In this document: in pieces, positions 50,899-64,000 of the stretch | Position numbering within the stretch: the first letter of the stretch is position 1 | Layout of the letters: each line of letters starts with the position of its first letter | From: Blepharisma stoltei ATCC 30299 | Taxonomy: Eukaryota; Protista; Ciliophora | Assembly (NCBI GenBank): GCA_965603825.1 | Contig: CBFDEM010000016.1 | Location: forward strand, 62,001-126,000 | Direction: 5' to 3' | DNA: 64,000 nt | Notes under the pieces: generated by a model | Told to the model about the DNA's origin: nothing | Database searches by the model: none | Seen by the model: the letters and a program-made list of their open reading frames with translations, nothing else | Made by a program: the position numbers and the translations under genes

Positions 50899-52388
50899 AA
50901 TAATTTTTTATACTAGTCTAATGATAAAAAGCCATATTTTTATCGGCATCATTTATTAAATCATAGTAGGATGATAGGATTTTTTTTGATAAGCTCAGAA
51001 GGAGTATTTTTATGATATTTATTGTTAATTAACTAAACTTAAATTTGATATTATTTTTTATTTAAACGCCTATATATGAGATTTGATTATTTTTAAAGTT
51101 GATTTTTATGCCAATATATTTTTTGGTTATCATTTTAAATAATGGTAAAATTTATAGATTAGGGTTATCATTTGATGCTATTTCTGTTATTAAATTATTC
51201 ATGTGTTTATCCACATAAGAAACTCCAATTATATTATTTTATTGGACAACTGTTATATTTGATACTATAACTTCATCAAAGTTTAAAGTAAAATCTATGC
51301 TGTCACTTAGTTCATAGTTTTAAGCATGTTTCAACATTTCAAATCAGTATTAAGCTGTTTTCCATATATAAAGCAACATATTTTACATATGAGAAGCAGG
51401 TTTTTACTATTTTTCCGAAGATGAATCCATTTTTGCAATATTATTACCATATTTGTATCCAATAAAATAATATCCAAAATTCTCATTGTGGCTAAAAGGC
51501 ATCCACGAAGCATTGAAGCAATTAATTTTCCTCTTTCTTCGTGACAAATAATAGAACATAATTTATTCTCAACATTAGTTGGTCTTCTTTAGTTGATTAA
51601 TAGAGAATAATTTTATTAAGCATCCACTATAAGAACTTCTTAAATTATTTGTAAAGATGAAGTTTCCAAACTTTAAGGCAGAAATTTCTATAACTTCAAT
51701 TTTATCATCAAAAATTAATTTGGGAGCTTTGATGGATGAATTTTACAATTGAAAAATCAGAAAATGCAATGACTGATTATGTAAAATTACTAAACCTTTA
51801 TTCACTTTTGGAGAAATCAGTCTTAAGAGAGAGTTTTGGATAAATCTGCATATGGAATTTTTATAATTTTGAAGTCTTTATTCTAAAACGAAAAGTCAAT
51901 TGGTAAAAATTGGGAAATTAAAATTATTTAAAAAACTGTTATTTGGAATGTAATTTTTTAAATTCAATAAAACTAGTAAGAGATTTCCTTATAATATCAT
52001 TTATATAATCATTAAAACAATTAAAAGCTCGCAGATGTTTTGCTCGTTAATTAAATAATGAGCGAGAATAAATTATTAGATTTTGAGATTGCTTTCTTTT
52101 AAAATTCTGGTATTTTCAATGAGTTTAAATTTTATGCAATTAAATATTGTGCAAATGCTAATATTCATAATGAACATGCTATAATTTAATTATTTTTTAA
52201 AAATAAATATAATTTTGCCATAGCCAATTAATTTAAAATTTAAATTGCAGACTTATGAATTAAATCAATTACAGTAGTTTCTCCTTTGTTTATAAAATCT
52301 CAAGAGAATTTATTTCTTTAAATTTAAATACACTATTATTTCTATCAAACCAAAATATTAATCAAATAGAAAATTATTAATAATTGAT

Positions 52389-53444
<1,056 letters not shown>

Positions 53445-53509
53445 ATATGATATATTAAGATATTTTTATAATGTGAATATTAATATTTAAATTATTTATA
53501 AAGACAATG

Positions 53510-54493
53510 CTAGTCAGATTCTTCAGACAGTGGAACGTGGTGGATATATGGAATTCCTAGCATAACTGATTTATATGGCTTCAAAGGATTAAATTCCTGG
53601 GGACAGAGTACAATTGCTGGGTTTTCTTCATGAAAAGCTTCATCATGGCCTAAAGGGAGTCTTGCTGACAAAAAAGGAGCTGGCCTTTGGTCTTCAGTTT
53701 CATCTTGATAAATTGACAAGAAAAATAACTGCCCTCTATCCTTTGCTTTGAAAATAAATAAAATAATCATAATTCCAATAGATTCAAATATTTCATCTGG
53801 AATATTAATATAATCTGAATACCTCAACGTCGAGTCTTCTAATACAATTTCTCCGATTTCCACTGCTAAAATTACACTAAGTTCTTCAATAAAAAATATA
53901 TGCAAAATTAGCAAATAAAATTTAAGCATGTTGATTTTCATCATATAAGACGATAAAAGACCTGGCAGATTTGCATTTCTTAATATATTGTACCTGTCTT
54001 GCAGTGATTTTATATTTTCAATTGTATATTTAACGTTCAAGTGAAAAAACACAAATATCATGACTATAAGAAAAAACGAGAATTCCATTTGCTGGATCAT
54101 ATAAGCACTAAAGCCAAGGTAAGATAAGCCCATTGTCATGGCTATAACAGTAACTTCAGTTCTATCAAGAAGCTCTCGAGTTACGCAGAACCCTTTACTG
54201 ATTAAAATGAATGAAGTGTAGAGAAAAGTATTATAAAGAGTATATGTAGATGTATAGCCTAAAGATCAATAGGGATATAAATCACTTGTGTCCCTGCATG
54301 TAAAAGATTGCAAAGCCGCAAAATCAACATTCATCATTTTAAAGATAACTATAAATGTAATAATCTTGTGAAGTGGCTTTATGTGCTGTATGTTCTTGAT
54401 GTAGGTGTTTATAATCCAGTAAATAAAGTAAATTGTTCAGATCCCTCCAGCAGTTGAATAAAATATAACTTTAATTATGTCGCTCTCGCACAT
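53510..54493 (-). CDS. Seven-TM protein of the GPR107/108 (lung 7TM / GOST) type
   Basis: Extends upstream through 2 TGA to ATG 54493; KPLHKII and LISKGFCVTRELL motifs; about 7 hydrophobic helices. Confidence 0.7.
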
Positions 54494-55031
54494 TATTTCT
54501 CATAAATTCAAAATTTAAGTTCTGAGATAATATGGTAAAGGCATGTTTTGGTAAATAAATTTTGAGATTTTTTCATTATGTATATGAATATTTTAAGAGC
54601 AAAGCATTATTGTGAAACTGATTAGAGGTGCAGCTATTTAAATCTTTCGTGAAATCTTTGTATACTGAATAAACTATTTGAATTAGTAAAAATATTGGTT
54701 TAGGGTGTTTGGGAGATCTAGAGGTCGTAAAATTATTTTAGATAATCAAAAGAAAGAAGCTCATTAAATTAATTTTCTTAGGCATTAATCTTTTAAGAAT
54801 CAATAATAAAAATAAATTTATTTACTTAAATCAGAACTGGTATTATTTCGAAAGATTTCGTGATTAAAAATGTGTAGTTATAAAACTCATCTTCCACACA
54901 AGATTTAATCGTGAGCTTATGTCAATAATTCTATTTTTCGTTTCTTTGAATACCCATCACAATTAACTTAGCATAAAAAATTGCCAACATAACTATCCAT
55001 ATAATTATCAATAGATTCATACAATTTAAAT

Positions 55032-58000
55032 ATGCAAAAGTATTGAATTTTCCAGGGTAACAACAGCAGGTTGTTAATCCGCCCTCTTCTCGAAAAACGT
55101 GGAAACTGAACTGAAGCTTCCGAGCAAGAAGGAACTGAATTTAGAGTCCAATTTTTATGGAAACCAACCGTATTATCAGTGAGAGTAACTTTAAAATAGG
55201 CATATAATCAGTTAGACGAGCTATTCAACAAAGGCTTTGGCACAATGCTTCACAACCACTTAGAAAACAATAGAATTATTACCACCAAGCCTGGGCTAGT
55301 CCGATCTCTCCGTCAATTTTATCAGACAAATGAGTTATCAATTCATTCTGGCTACCAAACTCACGATACTATTGCGACTTCTTTTATAATAACAGCCCAC
55401 TGTGAAGACGTTGAGTACCAAAACTTCCTAGCCCGCTACGAAGAGATCCAAAACGGTTTTTCTAATAAAGAGCGCACTCCCGCTAAGCATTGCAGCAAAA
55501 ACATGTGGCTAATTAAACCAGCTGCATTAAACCAAGGCAAAGGGATAGAAGTATGCAGAAATCTAAAAGAAATAAAAAATATTCTGAGAAGTAAAGAAAT
55601 GCACTCAGTCTGACTGATCCAAAAATATATAGAACGGCCTTTGCTCTTTAAAGGTAGAAAATTTGATATCAGGATGTGAGCGATTGCAACAGGGAAAAAT
55701 GAATTCTTTTATTATAGGCATGGGTACCTAAGGACATCAAGCTCTGAATATGACACAGAAGGCAAAGACAATTTTATTCACCTAACTAATAACTGTTTAC
55801 AGAAGTTTGGCGAAAATTACGGAGTCCATGAAAAAGGAAATACCTTGAGTTTTGAAGCTTTTCAAGAATATTTAGACCAGGAATTTGGAAATTTCGGGAT
55901 AAATTTTTGAAGTCATATATTGCCAAGGATAAAAGATTTAATGATCGATGCTTTTTTGAGTGGGAAAAAATACATGAAGAAAGGCAAAAGAAAATTAATT
56001 TTTGAGCTGCTTGGCTTTGATTTTTTAATTGATGAAGATTTCAGGGTCTGGCTCATTGAAGTAAACACAAACCCTTATTTAGGGATTCCTAATGAGTATA
56101 TTGAAAGACTGTTACCAAATATGCTAGATGATTTATTAGCTATAACAGTAGACCCATATTTTCCTCCAAAAAACCCAAGGACTCGGACTGAAAATGATTA
56201 TGAGCTGCTCTACTGTGAAGTAGCTTCAGTTTTTTCCCCTGATGGAGCTATGAAAAACTTTAGACAGCCTTATAACACACCTATTTACCCTATTCCAGAA
56301 CTAGCTCAAGTCCCTATGTGCAGAATGAATCATCCTAATAAAGAAGAAGAGCTTCTGTCCCCAGCTATTCAAGAACCGGCTGCTTATAAACCTGTAGCCA
56401 GAGATACATTATTTACAGTAAAAGAAATATTAGATTCATCGTCCGTTCTTGATGTTTCAGATTTCTGTAATATATGCTCAAGAGTAATAAGCCAATTAAA
56501 TAACTGGGAACTTATGTCAGAAGAACAAATATCTACAAGCATCCAAGCTTTGTGTAAAATTACAACGTCACCAATTGGAGCAAGCGCATTAGTGCTATAT
56601 GAGCATATTCCATCATTGCTAGATCTTTGTACTTCTGAAAACACCCCAGTTAATTTACAAATGGGTGCATTAGAAGCATTGGCAACTGGGTGCCAAGAAA
56701 TAAAATTTCGAAAAGAATTCGTAAAGCAAGGAATTTCAGAGTTTTTAATAAATGATGTGCTAAGCCAAAATGCCAATGAAAATATTGTGCAGCTTGCTAT
56801 GAAAGCAATTTTTGTTATTAGTAGCAATCCTGCTAAAAATGTATACATCCCAGGGGAAACTAGAGAATATGCATGGATAAGAAATAAAATTATAAGTGAT
56901 GGGCTGCTTATATGCTTGTATAAATTAAGCAAAGAAATAAAGGATGAAGCCCAAAAAGAAGAAATAATTAAACATATAAACACTGAATTTGAGCTAAAGG
57001 ACTGGGATTTTCAATTAATGGTGCTCGATAAAATAATGCAAGCTGAACAGTCAAATTCTACAAGCTGAACGTCTCCTAGATCTCTTTCTTTACCCCCAAG
57101 AACTAGAGATCCTTTTAAAGCAAGCACAGAATCAATAAATACTAAAGAAATTGAAGCAAAATTCCCTAATTGTCTGCTTGATGCAAAATTCTTATTAAAT
57201 ATAAGAGAAGAGATAAGAAGCCTGTGCACTGAGCGACGAGAAGAAATTAAAAGTAAATTGGAAAGAGAAAAACAGAAAAAAATGGAAGAAAATGAAGAAA
57301 AAGAAAGATTAAGAGAACAAGAAGACAGGGAATATGAAGAAAAAAAACTCAGAGCAGAAGAATATGCTATACGAAGATATGAAGAAATCCGGCGGCAAAA
57401 AGCATTAGAAAATAAAAAAAAATTAAATGAAAAATCACAGGAAGAAAAATTCGACGAGCAAAAAATAGCAGAAATTATTGAAAAAAAGAAAAAAAATGAA
57501 GAAGCGAAAAGATTGCAGAAAATTAAATTAAAGAAAATGGAAGAAAGTCTGAAAAGGCAGGAGTCTGAAAAGAAACAAGAACAGGAAGAAAAAAGAAAAA
57601 AAGCATTGGAAGGGTGGCTTAAAAATAAAGAGGAAAAAGAAGCTCATAAAAGAGCGATTGAAAAACAAAAAAGGGAAGAAGAGGAAGCAAGAAGAGCTGT
57701 AGAGATCCAAGCTAAAAAAGAAGAATTAATCAAAAAGTTAGAAGAAAAAAAAGAAAAAGCTAAAAAAATGAAAGAAGAAAATAAGGAAAAAGAAAAAAAA
57801 TCAAAAATTGAAGGAGGCATTTTAACAATTGAAGATACAAGAGTAGAGTCAATTCCTAACGAAATCATGAAAAATACCTCGACAAGGCATTTACAAGTGA
57901 ATTCTAATGTGACGCCAAATGTCAGAGAATTTAGAACTAAAAAGAGAAGGCTGTTTGAAAAGAAAAAGAAAAAAATTGTGTCGATACCTGATAAGTTTCT

Positions 58001-58184
58001 GTATGAAGTATATGGGGTAAATCCAAGTAATTAATATCTAGAAAATTCTCAAAGAATCCATTTAAGATCGCAGTCAAAAAATGACATTTCTAGAGAAAAA
58101 AGAATTGAAGAATGGATTGCTGATCAAAATCGCTCAAGAGTTCAAGAACTGGCTGAATATCAATCTCAAGCTAACAATTTATAA
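55032..58184 (+). CDS. Tubulin-tyrosine-ligase-like protein (TTLL10/glycylase-like) with helical-repeat and charged coiled-coil tail
   Basis: WLIKPAALNQGKGI, IQKYIERPLL..GRKFDIR, HLTN, FELLGFDF, WLIEVNTNP. Two 15-nt introns and several TGA. Ends TAA. Confidence 0.88.
55185..55199 (+). other. 15-nt intron gtaactttaaaatag
   Basis: Removes TAG and links the ATG 55032 exon (GNNS...W) to the TTL domain. Confidence 0.85.
58027..58041 (+). other. 15-nt intron gtaattaatatctag
   Basis: Consensus intron spanning the apparent stop at 58032-58034; the frame stays open for about 47 more codons. Confidence 0.75.
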
Positions 58185-58220
58185 AATAATGCTAATTTTC
58201 TTTACAAAAATTCAGTTAAA

Positions 58221-60071
58221 TTAAGCTAAATCCATCAATTCCAAAATTTCTTCACAAATAGCTTGGAAGCTGCTATAATTTGTTCCAATATTTATAAACC
58301 TGACCAACTTCAATCCAGTTGATCCTTCAATGTAATTTAATTCAATTTCAAACTTAAACCTGCTTTTAATACATATAAAATTATATGCACCTGACTGCTT
58401 ATATGTTGCTTTTTGCATTTCAAGGGCCTTTATAATTTGTTTAATAATTTCAATGGTAGGCCTTGTACTTGTGCAATTGATACAGAAAGGTCCATTATAT
58501 GGCTTTAAAGCTTCTCGAGGGGTAATATGATCTCCATTAGATTGGGCAATTTTCACTGGTTTTTCAAAAATAGGTGACCTGGGAGGATGAGGGGATATTG
58601 AATTGTGTTGAACTCGAACTTTTTCTGTATTTTTTGTCACAATATGAGTTGCATTTCTCGCATGAGTAGACTTTGCAGTTGAAGGCTTAGGAGCTTCTGT
58701 TGGCTTTGAATCAATTTTTTTAAGGACTACTTCTGCAGCTTTTTTTATATTTCTTTTAGGAGATTCCGCAGTTTTTACTTGCTGCTTAATCGTTTCGTTT
58801 CCTTTAATTTTTATTTTTTTCGGCGTTTCAACATTTTCTACTTTTTTTATCACAGTGGTGCCATTTTGGGCTTCAAATTTTCTTGCTGAATCTATATCTC
58901 TTAATTCAGATAAATTTGGGGTGCGAGACCTTTCAGTTTTGCTTCCTTCTTGTATTATTTTTTCAATAGGAATTTTTGGCACTGGAGTAGCTGATCTAGA
59001 AGGCGGTTTTGGAGCCCCGCTGCTTTCTTTAGATATTAAAATTGGCTCCAATTGAAATCTTTTCAATAACAAATAATATGTCGTCGTTATATGATTGTGT
59101 TTATTTATTTCAAGGTATTTTTTAGCCTGCTCAGAATTAAACCCAAATTGCTCAAGCTGCTCTAAAACGTTTTCTTCTATTGGAATCTTATCAAAGCCTA
59201 CCATAATCCCTATAGGAGCTTCATAATGAGCCATTTGAAGCCATGGATGCCGCCTTATCTGGTCTATTGTATATCTTTCTTTAGGATTTACATTGATGAT
59301 TTTTGATAATAAATCTTTGGCTTCTTCACTGATATATTTTGGCATTTTAAATTCCCCAGAAATAATTTTTTTATATAGTTGGGAAGTATTTGGGTCCTCA
59401 AATGGTAAATACCCACAAATTAAGGCAAACATGACTATCCCGCAGCTCCAGACGTCAACCTCAGCGCCATTATATCGCTTTCCTTCTATCATTTCTGGAG
59501 CTGCATAGCAAGGGCTTCCACAAGCAGTTTTCAATAATTGTCCAGGCTTGAATGTGTTTGATAACCCAAAATCAGCAATTTTTATTCGTTTTTTTGAGTC
59601 TAAAAGCAAATTTTCAGGCTTCAAGTCTCTGTGGGCGATATTTAACTTGTGAAGATACTCAACACCAGCTAAAATTTGTTGAAAAAATCCGCATGCTTCT
59701 TTTTCTTTTATTCTGGTATTGGCGACGATATATTCAAATAATTCTCCTCCACTTGCGTATTCCATTATCAAATAAAGTTGTTTAGGAGTTTCAATAATTT
59801 CGTAAAGCTGGACAATGTTTGGATGCCTTATCAATTTTAAAATGTGAATTTCCCTCGCCACTCGTTCTACGTCGTTAACATCCGCGATTTTCCCTTTTTC
59901 GAGGATTTTTACAGCCACTTTTTCACCTGTCAAAATATGAGTCCCGAGTTTCACTTTTCCAAAAGTGCCTTCTCCAATTGTTCGTGAGAGAATATAGTGG
60001 CCTATTGATTTCGATCTCCCTGTGTTCGATATATTTTGATCTTTGATTGTTGACCTGCTTATAATTTACAT
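58221..60071 (-). CDS. SNF1/AMPK/MARK-related CAMK kinase with UBA-like and KA1-like regions
   Basis: IGEGTFGKV, HRDLKPEN, LKTACGSPCYAAPE, HNHITTTYYLL; C-terminal KFEIE...VRF. Start codon split by an intron. Confidence 0.92.
60055..60069 (-). other. 15-nt intron gtaaattataagcag inside the start codon (AT|G)
   Basis: The only nearby way to supply an in-frame ATG upstream of kinase subdomain I; matches the consensus. Confidence 0.8.
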
Positions 60072-60520
60072 TTAAAATGGATTTATTTATAATTTTTGAG
60101 TTTCATTGAATAAAGTGCAAATTTTATTGACAAGATTAATTTAAATAAAATTTAGGCTTTGAAGGTAACGAGATATAAAGAAGAGATTTTTCTGTTTCAA
60201 AACCTATTATGAAATTTTAAATCAAAGAAAACGATAGTTTTTGGGATGGAAATTAAATCAGAATATACAATAGTAACAGAGCAGAGCTCTTTATTTATAT
60301 AAATTCTCTTGCAGGAGACTTGATACAAATTATTTGATTAATTGTGCAAATATTCTTTAATCTTTTAATTTAAATAAATAATTTTAAGAATGAAAAATAT
60401 GAGTTGATTGAAATGTTATATTAAAATTAATAATAGTTAATTAAGAAAAATCATTATTCTTTTAATTCTCAAGCTTCCAAATATTACTGTATATCTAGTA
60501 TTCCAAATTCAATTTATTAA

Positions 60521-61555
60521 TTAATTATAAGCATAATACTGATTATTTTGCATCTGAAATTCCTTTAATGCAAAAGCTCCACAAATGCATTTGATTTCAT
60601 CTTCAGTTTTCACTTCATTTTCTTTCCTTTGTAGCAAGCATTCATAGCATAATTGTCTGCAACACCGAGAAGATCTTTCTTCTTTCCAATTTTTACATTC
60701 TCTGCATAAAATTCAATTGAAAATGTCAGCAGAAGTATTATCAAAATAAGAAGATTTACAAATGCTGCAATTAGTAATCCGATACTGAAATATACAAAAA
60801 TCGCACGTCTTTTTTTTAAAAAGATGATCATGATTCGCAGAAAAACGCAAAAAATCAAGATTATTTTCAAAATTGCAATCACATAGCTCACAGATTCAGC
60901 TAATTTTTGCTAAATTTTGCGTATCTCGATTTCCCAGATACATTACAAAATCAAATCCCTGCCATTTCTCCATAAAAGCCTTCAAAAACCAATCCAGCTC
61001 ATTTTTATTGAAAAGACTGAAAATAACTTTTCTTAAAAATGCATTCGGATTTGATCTTACATACATTCCTGCATAGCAAATAAAAGCCTCAATATGGCAA
61101 AGGGATGCTTCTTCGATTGGGAAGCTAAAAATTCCACAAGAAATCGCAGGAATTCCTATTGATGAAAAGCCTTCCTCATCAGCTTTTACCATACAGTTAA
61201 ATACAGCTTTAACTAGATCATCCTTATGGTCGAATTTAACTGGCTTGTGATCTTTTAGCCTAGGACCTACTACATGGAGTATTTTTTGGTATCTAAGTTT
61301 CCCTGCTATAGTTATTGCTACAGAGCCTGTGCGTAGGTCACCATAAGTCTTTATATACCTATCGCAGTCCTCCTGTATTTCTCTTCCTCCATCGTGGACA
61401 ATTTGATAAGCAAGTCCTCCTTTATTTTCCAGACGCTCATTTGCGGCATTCGCGATTGTATCCACTTCTAAGTCAAGAACGCTGCCTGCACAGATTTCTA
61501 ATTCAATATTATTTAGGGTCCCAGAAGCACACTTTAATATCTTTTCTCTTGACAT
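60521..61555 (-). CDS. Macrodomain protein with C-terminal tandem Cys-rich (RING-like) zinc fingers
   Basis: IANAANERL..GGLA, HVVGP, PAISCGIF. Read-through of TGA 60896-60898 gives about 125 aa with CxxC pairs. Ends TAA. Confidence 0.8.
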
Positions 61556-61670
61556 TTTTATAGAATCAAGCTTTGTTATCAAATCCTATTATTTCTTATA
61601 CAAAAATTGCTTTAAAATTTGATGAATTTACTATTAAATTTTCCCTATCTAAAATTTCTAATAATTTAGC

Positions 61671-62312
61671 ATGGAAGGACCAGCATGGGCAATTGCTTTG
61701 CAGCGATCATTTAACACAAACAGAATTCTTGAGCAATCCAGCATTCTTTCAATCGCAACTCTTCACAATGGAGCTCCATCAATTTACCCAATTCGCTTTC
61801 AATCTTTCTATTCTCCAACATCTTTTACAATTCACCTCGATACAAGAAGTATCCTCTGTGGAGACCTCCAAAATCCCGTCTGTCAAATTTTGTGGTATTT
61901 GCCTTTGACAAATGAGATTTTTAAGTTTGATTGCCCAATTCTGAATTTTTTGCCATCTCATCATGAATATAGGGTTAATGAATGGAAAAAATTGAAACAA
62001 AAAGAAAAAAATGCTTACTGTGGGCTACCTCCTGACACGTATAAAGAAAGTGAAGGTTCACGTTTGGAATATGACATAAATAATTTTAATGCCCAAAATG
62101 CAGAAGAAGTATCAGAACACTTTGAGGTATTAATTGTGACGCCTATTAATGTAGACCATACCGTTTATTTAGATAAGTCAGCTATTGGAAATACGAGGAA
62201 AACTTATGAGAGTTTGCCACAACCTGATGCAGTTAGTAAAAGATGGGTGCATAGAAAGCATGATCATGTGTGGGTCGCAAGAGAAATGAACATTCCTGCT
62301 CCTAGACCTTAA
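61671..62312 (+). CDS. Pyridoxamine 5'-phosphate oxidase-like FMN-binding split-barrel protein (Alr4036-like)
   Basis: PAW, SIAT...P, LDTRS, ILWYLPLTNE.F, HFEVLIVTP..VD, W..REMN pattern. Confidence 0.7.
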   Translation: MEGPAWAIALQRSFNTNRILEQSSILSIATLHNGAPSIYPIRFQSFYSPTSFTIHLDTRSILCGDLQNPVCQILWYLPLTNEIFKFDCPILNFLPSHHEYRVNEWKKLKQKEKNAYCGLPPDTYKESEGSRLEYDINNFNAQNAEEVSEHFEVLIVTPINVDHTVYLDKSAIGNTRKTYESLPQPDAVSKRWVHRKHDHVWVAREMNIPAPRP

Positions 62313-62833
62313 ATAGTTGAATAGCTTAAGTTAATTTTTTATATTTGATTAAATAGGCCTAATATATATTTTTGGCAACACACAAAATTTCCATAATTTT
62401 TTATTTTTATACTAAAATGAATTTTACGCCAGCGATTTTTTTGGATGTGATAGTTTTGTTATTAACTTTATTGATTTTCAGATATCAAAGGAGATATTTA
62501 TATTTTTAAAATCATAAGATTCATTAGCTGGATTAATTAATGCTGTAAAAAATGAAAAAAAATTAAGAAAGTCGATATAATGATTCTATTAAATCACTCA
62601 AAAGTTCCTAAGCAGAAATTTACGACAATTATTTTAGCCCATCAGCATTAATGACTTACGTCATAACCTATGATCATCATCTTTAAATTAATTCCTATAC
62701 CAAAATGTTGCATTAAATATGAAACAATATCTTAAGCTCTAATTTTAAAAGTTTCAACTCCGCAAAATCTATTCTTTTCACTTCCCATCTCCTCTATAAG
62801 ATTTTACTCCTCCACAAATTAAATATTTAAATT

Positions 62834-63844
62834 ATGGAAGTCATATTAAATTTAATCAGGATGGAAGAAGAAATAAAAGTTGATAAACACGGCTTTATTT
62901 CTCCAAGCTCTTCTCCCACATCTGAAAACATAACACGCGAAAATGCCAGACTTGAAAAGTGGCAAGATATGCTAGTAAGATGGGACTACAACATTAAGAG
63001 AAGATTCAATTTCGTTAAGAAAAGAGTGCGCAAGGGGATTCCAGACTGCCTAAGAGGCAAAGTGTGGGCTGAATTTGCAGAAATTGAGCAATTAAAATCA
63101 AACTACCCTGAAAACTACTATTCAAATCTGACCAATTTTGAGAGCGATAATGTGTCTATAAGAGATATAATGCTTGATATTCATCGGACATTCCCGAACC
63201 ATATTTTATTCAGGGACGATGGGCCAGGTCAGCAGGCTCTTTTCAGAGTTTTGAAAGCTTATGCTTTGCATGATACAGAACTCGGATACTGCCAAGGCAT
63301 GGGCTTTCTGATTGCAATGCTACTAATATATATGAGCGAAGAAAACGCATTTTGGACGCTCGTAGCAGTCATGAATAAGTATGAGCTGAGAGGATTTTAT
63401 CTTCCTAATATGCCTGGGATTTATAAAGCTCTTTACAAAATTAACAGTTTATTTAGCCATTATATTCCACATCTTTGAAAACACCTGCAGAGCCTCCATT
63501 TCTTGCCTTCGGTTTTTGCACCGTCATGAATAATGACCCTTTATATAAGTGTCTTTAAGACAGATATCTCATTGAGGATTTTAGATATTTTCTTTTGTGA
63601 AGGCACGAAAATCATTTATAGAGTTTTTATTAATATTTTTAAAAACGCTAAAGATGAGTTGATAGGGACGAATATCGACGAAATTTTGGAAAAACTTAAA
63701 ATATTGCCTGAAGCCTACACACCAGATGAAATGATAAAAAGCACTTTTAAAATTTCTCTGGGACGCAAAAGGTTGAAGGATTTGGAAAAGGAATACGAAA
63801 CAAACCCAGATCCTGAGTTTAAAAATTGGTGAATAATCACTTAA
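62834..63844 (+). CDS. TBC-domain Rab GTPase-activating protein
   Basis: RVRKGIPDCLRGKVW, IMLDIHRTFP, GYCQGMGF. TGA at 63476-63478, 63527-63529 and 63830-63832; first TAA at 63842-63844. Alternative ATG at 62861. Confidence 0.9.
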
Positions 63845-64000
63845 TGTTTAAATTAATATTGATTTTTAATGCTCGAACAACATAAATTTAAATTAAATAC
63901 CAAAATTTAAGAATTTCCTTATAATTTTATATAAATAATTATAAGGATATCTCAGCTGTATATGATAAAATTTTTAGAAGTCCATATTAGAAATAATGAA

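Noticed and set aside
57258-57810. A/G-rich low-complexity tract as a repeat element
   Set aside because: It is simply Glu/Lys codons of the TTLL coiled-coil tail.
60610-60891. 93-aa apparently two-TM ORF in the track
   Set aside because: It is an alternate-frame shadow of the Cys-rich C-terminus of the macrodomain gene.

Overview
AT-rich, very gene-dense eukaryotic nuclear DNA, most likely the macronuclear genome of a heterotrich ciliate of the Blepharisma type (inference from the code plus intron size). Two properties explain why the supplied ORF track is fragmented. (1) In-frame TGA encodes tryptophan: it sits at invariant Trp positions of kinases, RING, Kelch, RCC1, TLDc and C2 domains, while TAA/TAG terminate genes. 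(2) Genes carry tiny GT-AG introns: I reconstructed 17 by hand, 14 of 15 nt and 3 of 16 nt, with a fixed A at position 10 in every 15-mer. Both are already known for Blepharisma, so they are not new in themselves. Applying them gives about 44 protein genes and one tRNA-Val(CAC). The less expected observations are: TGA versus TGG use differs strongly between genes; one intron splits a start codon (unspliced ATG-TAA); a stop-free in-frame intron sits in a PKA glycine-rich loop; a macrodomain is fused to hidden tandem RING-like fingers; a tandem-repeat coiled-coil protein ends in a CCHC knuckle; and G/C strand skew oscillates, flipping at divergent promoters and also inside a long gene. All protein calls come from motif recognition by eye; no database searches were run.
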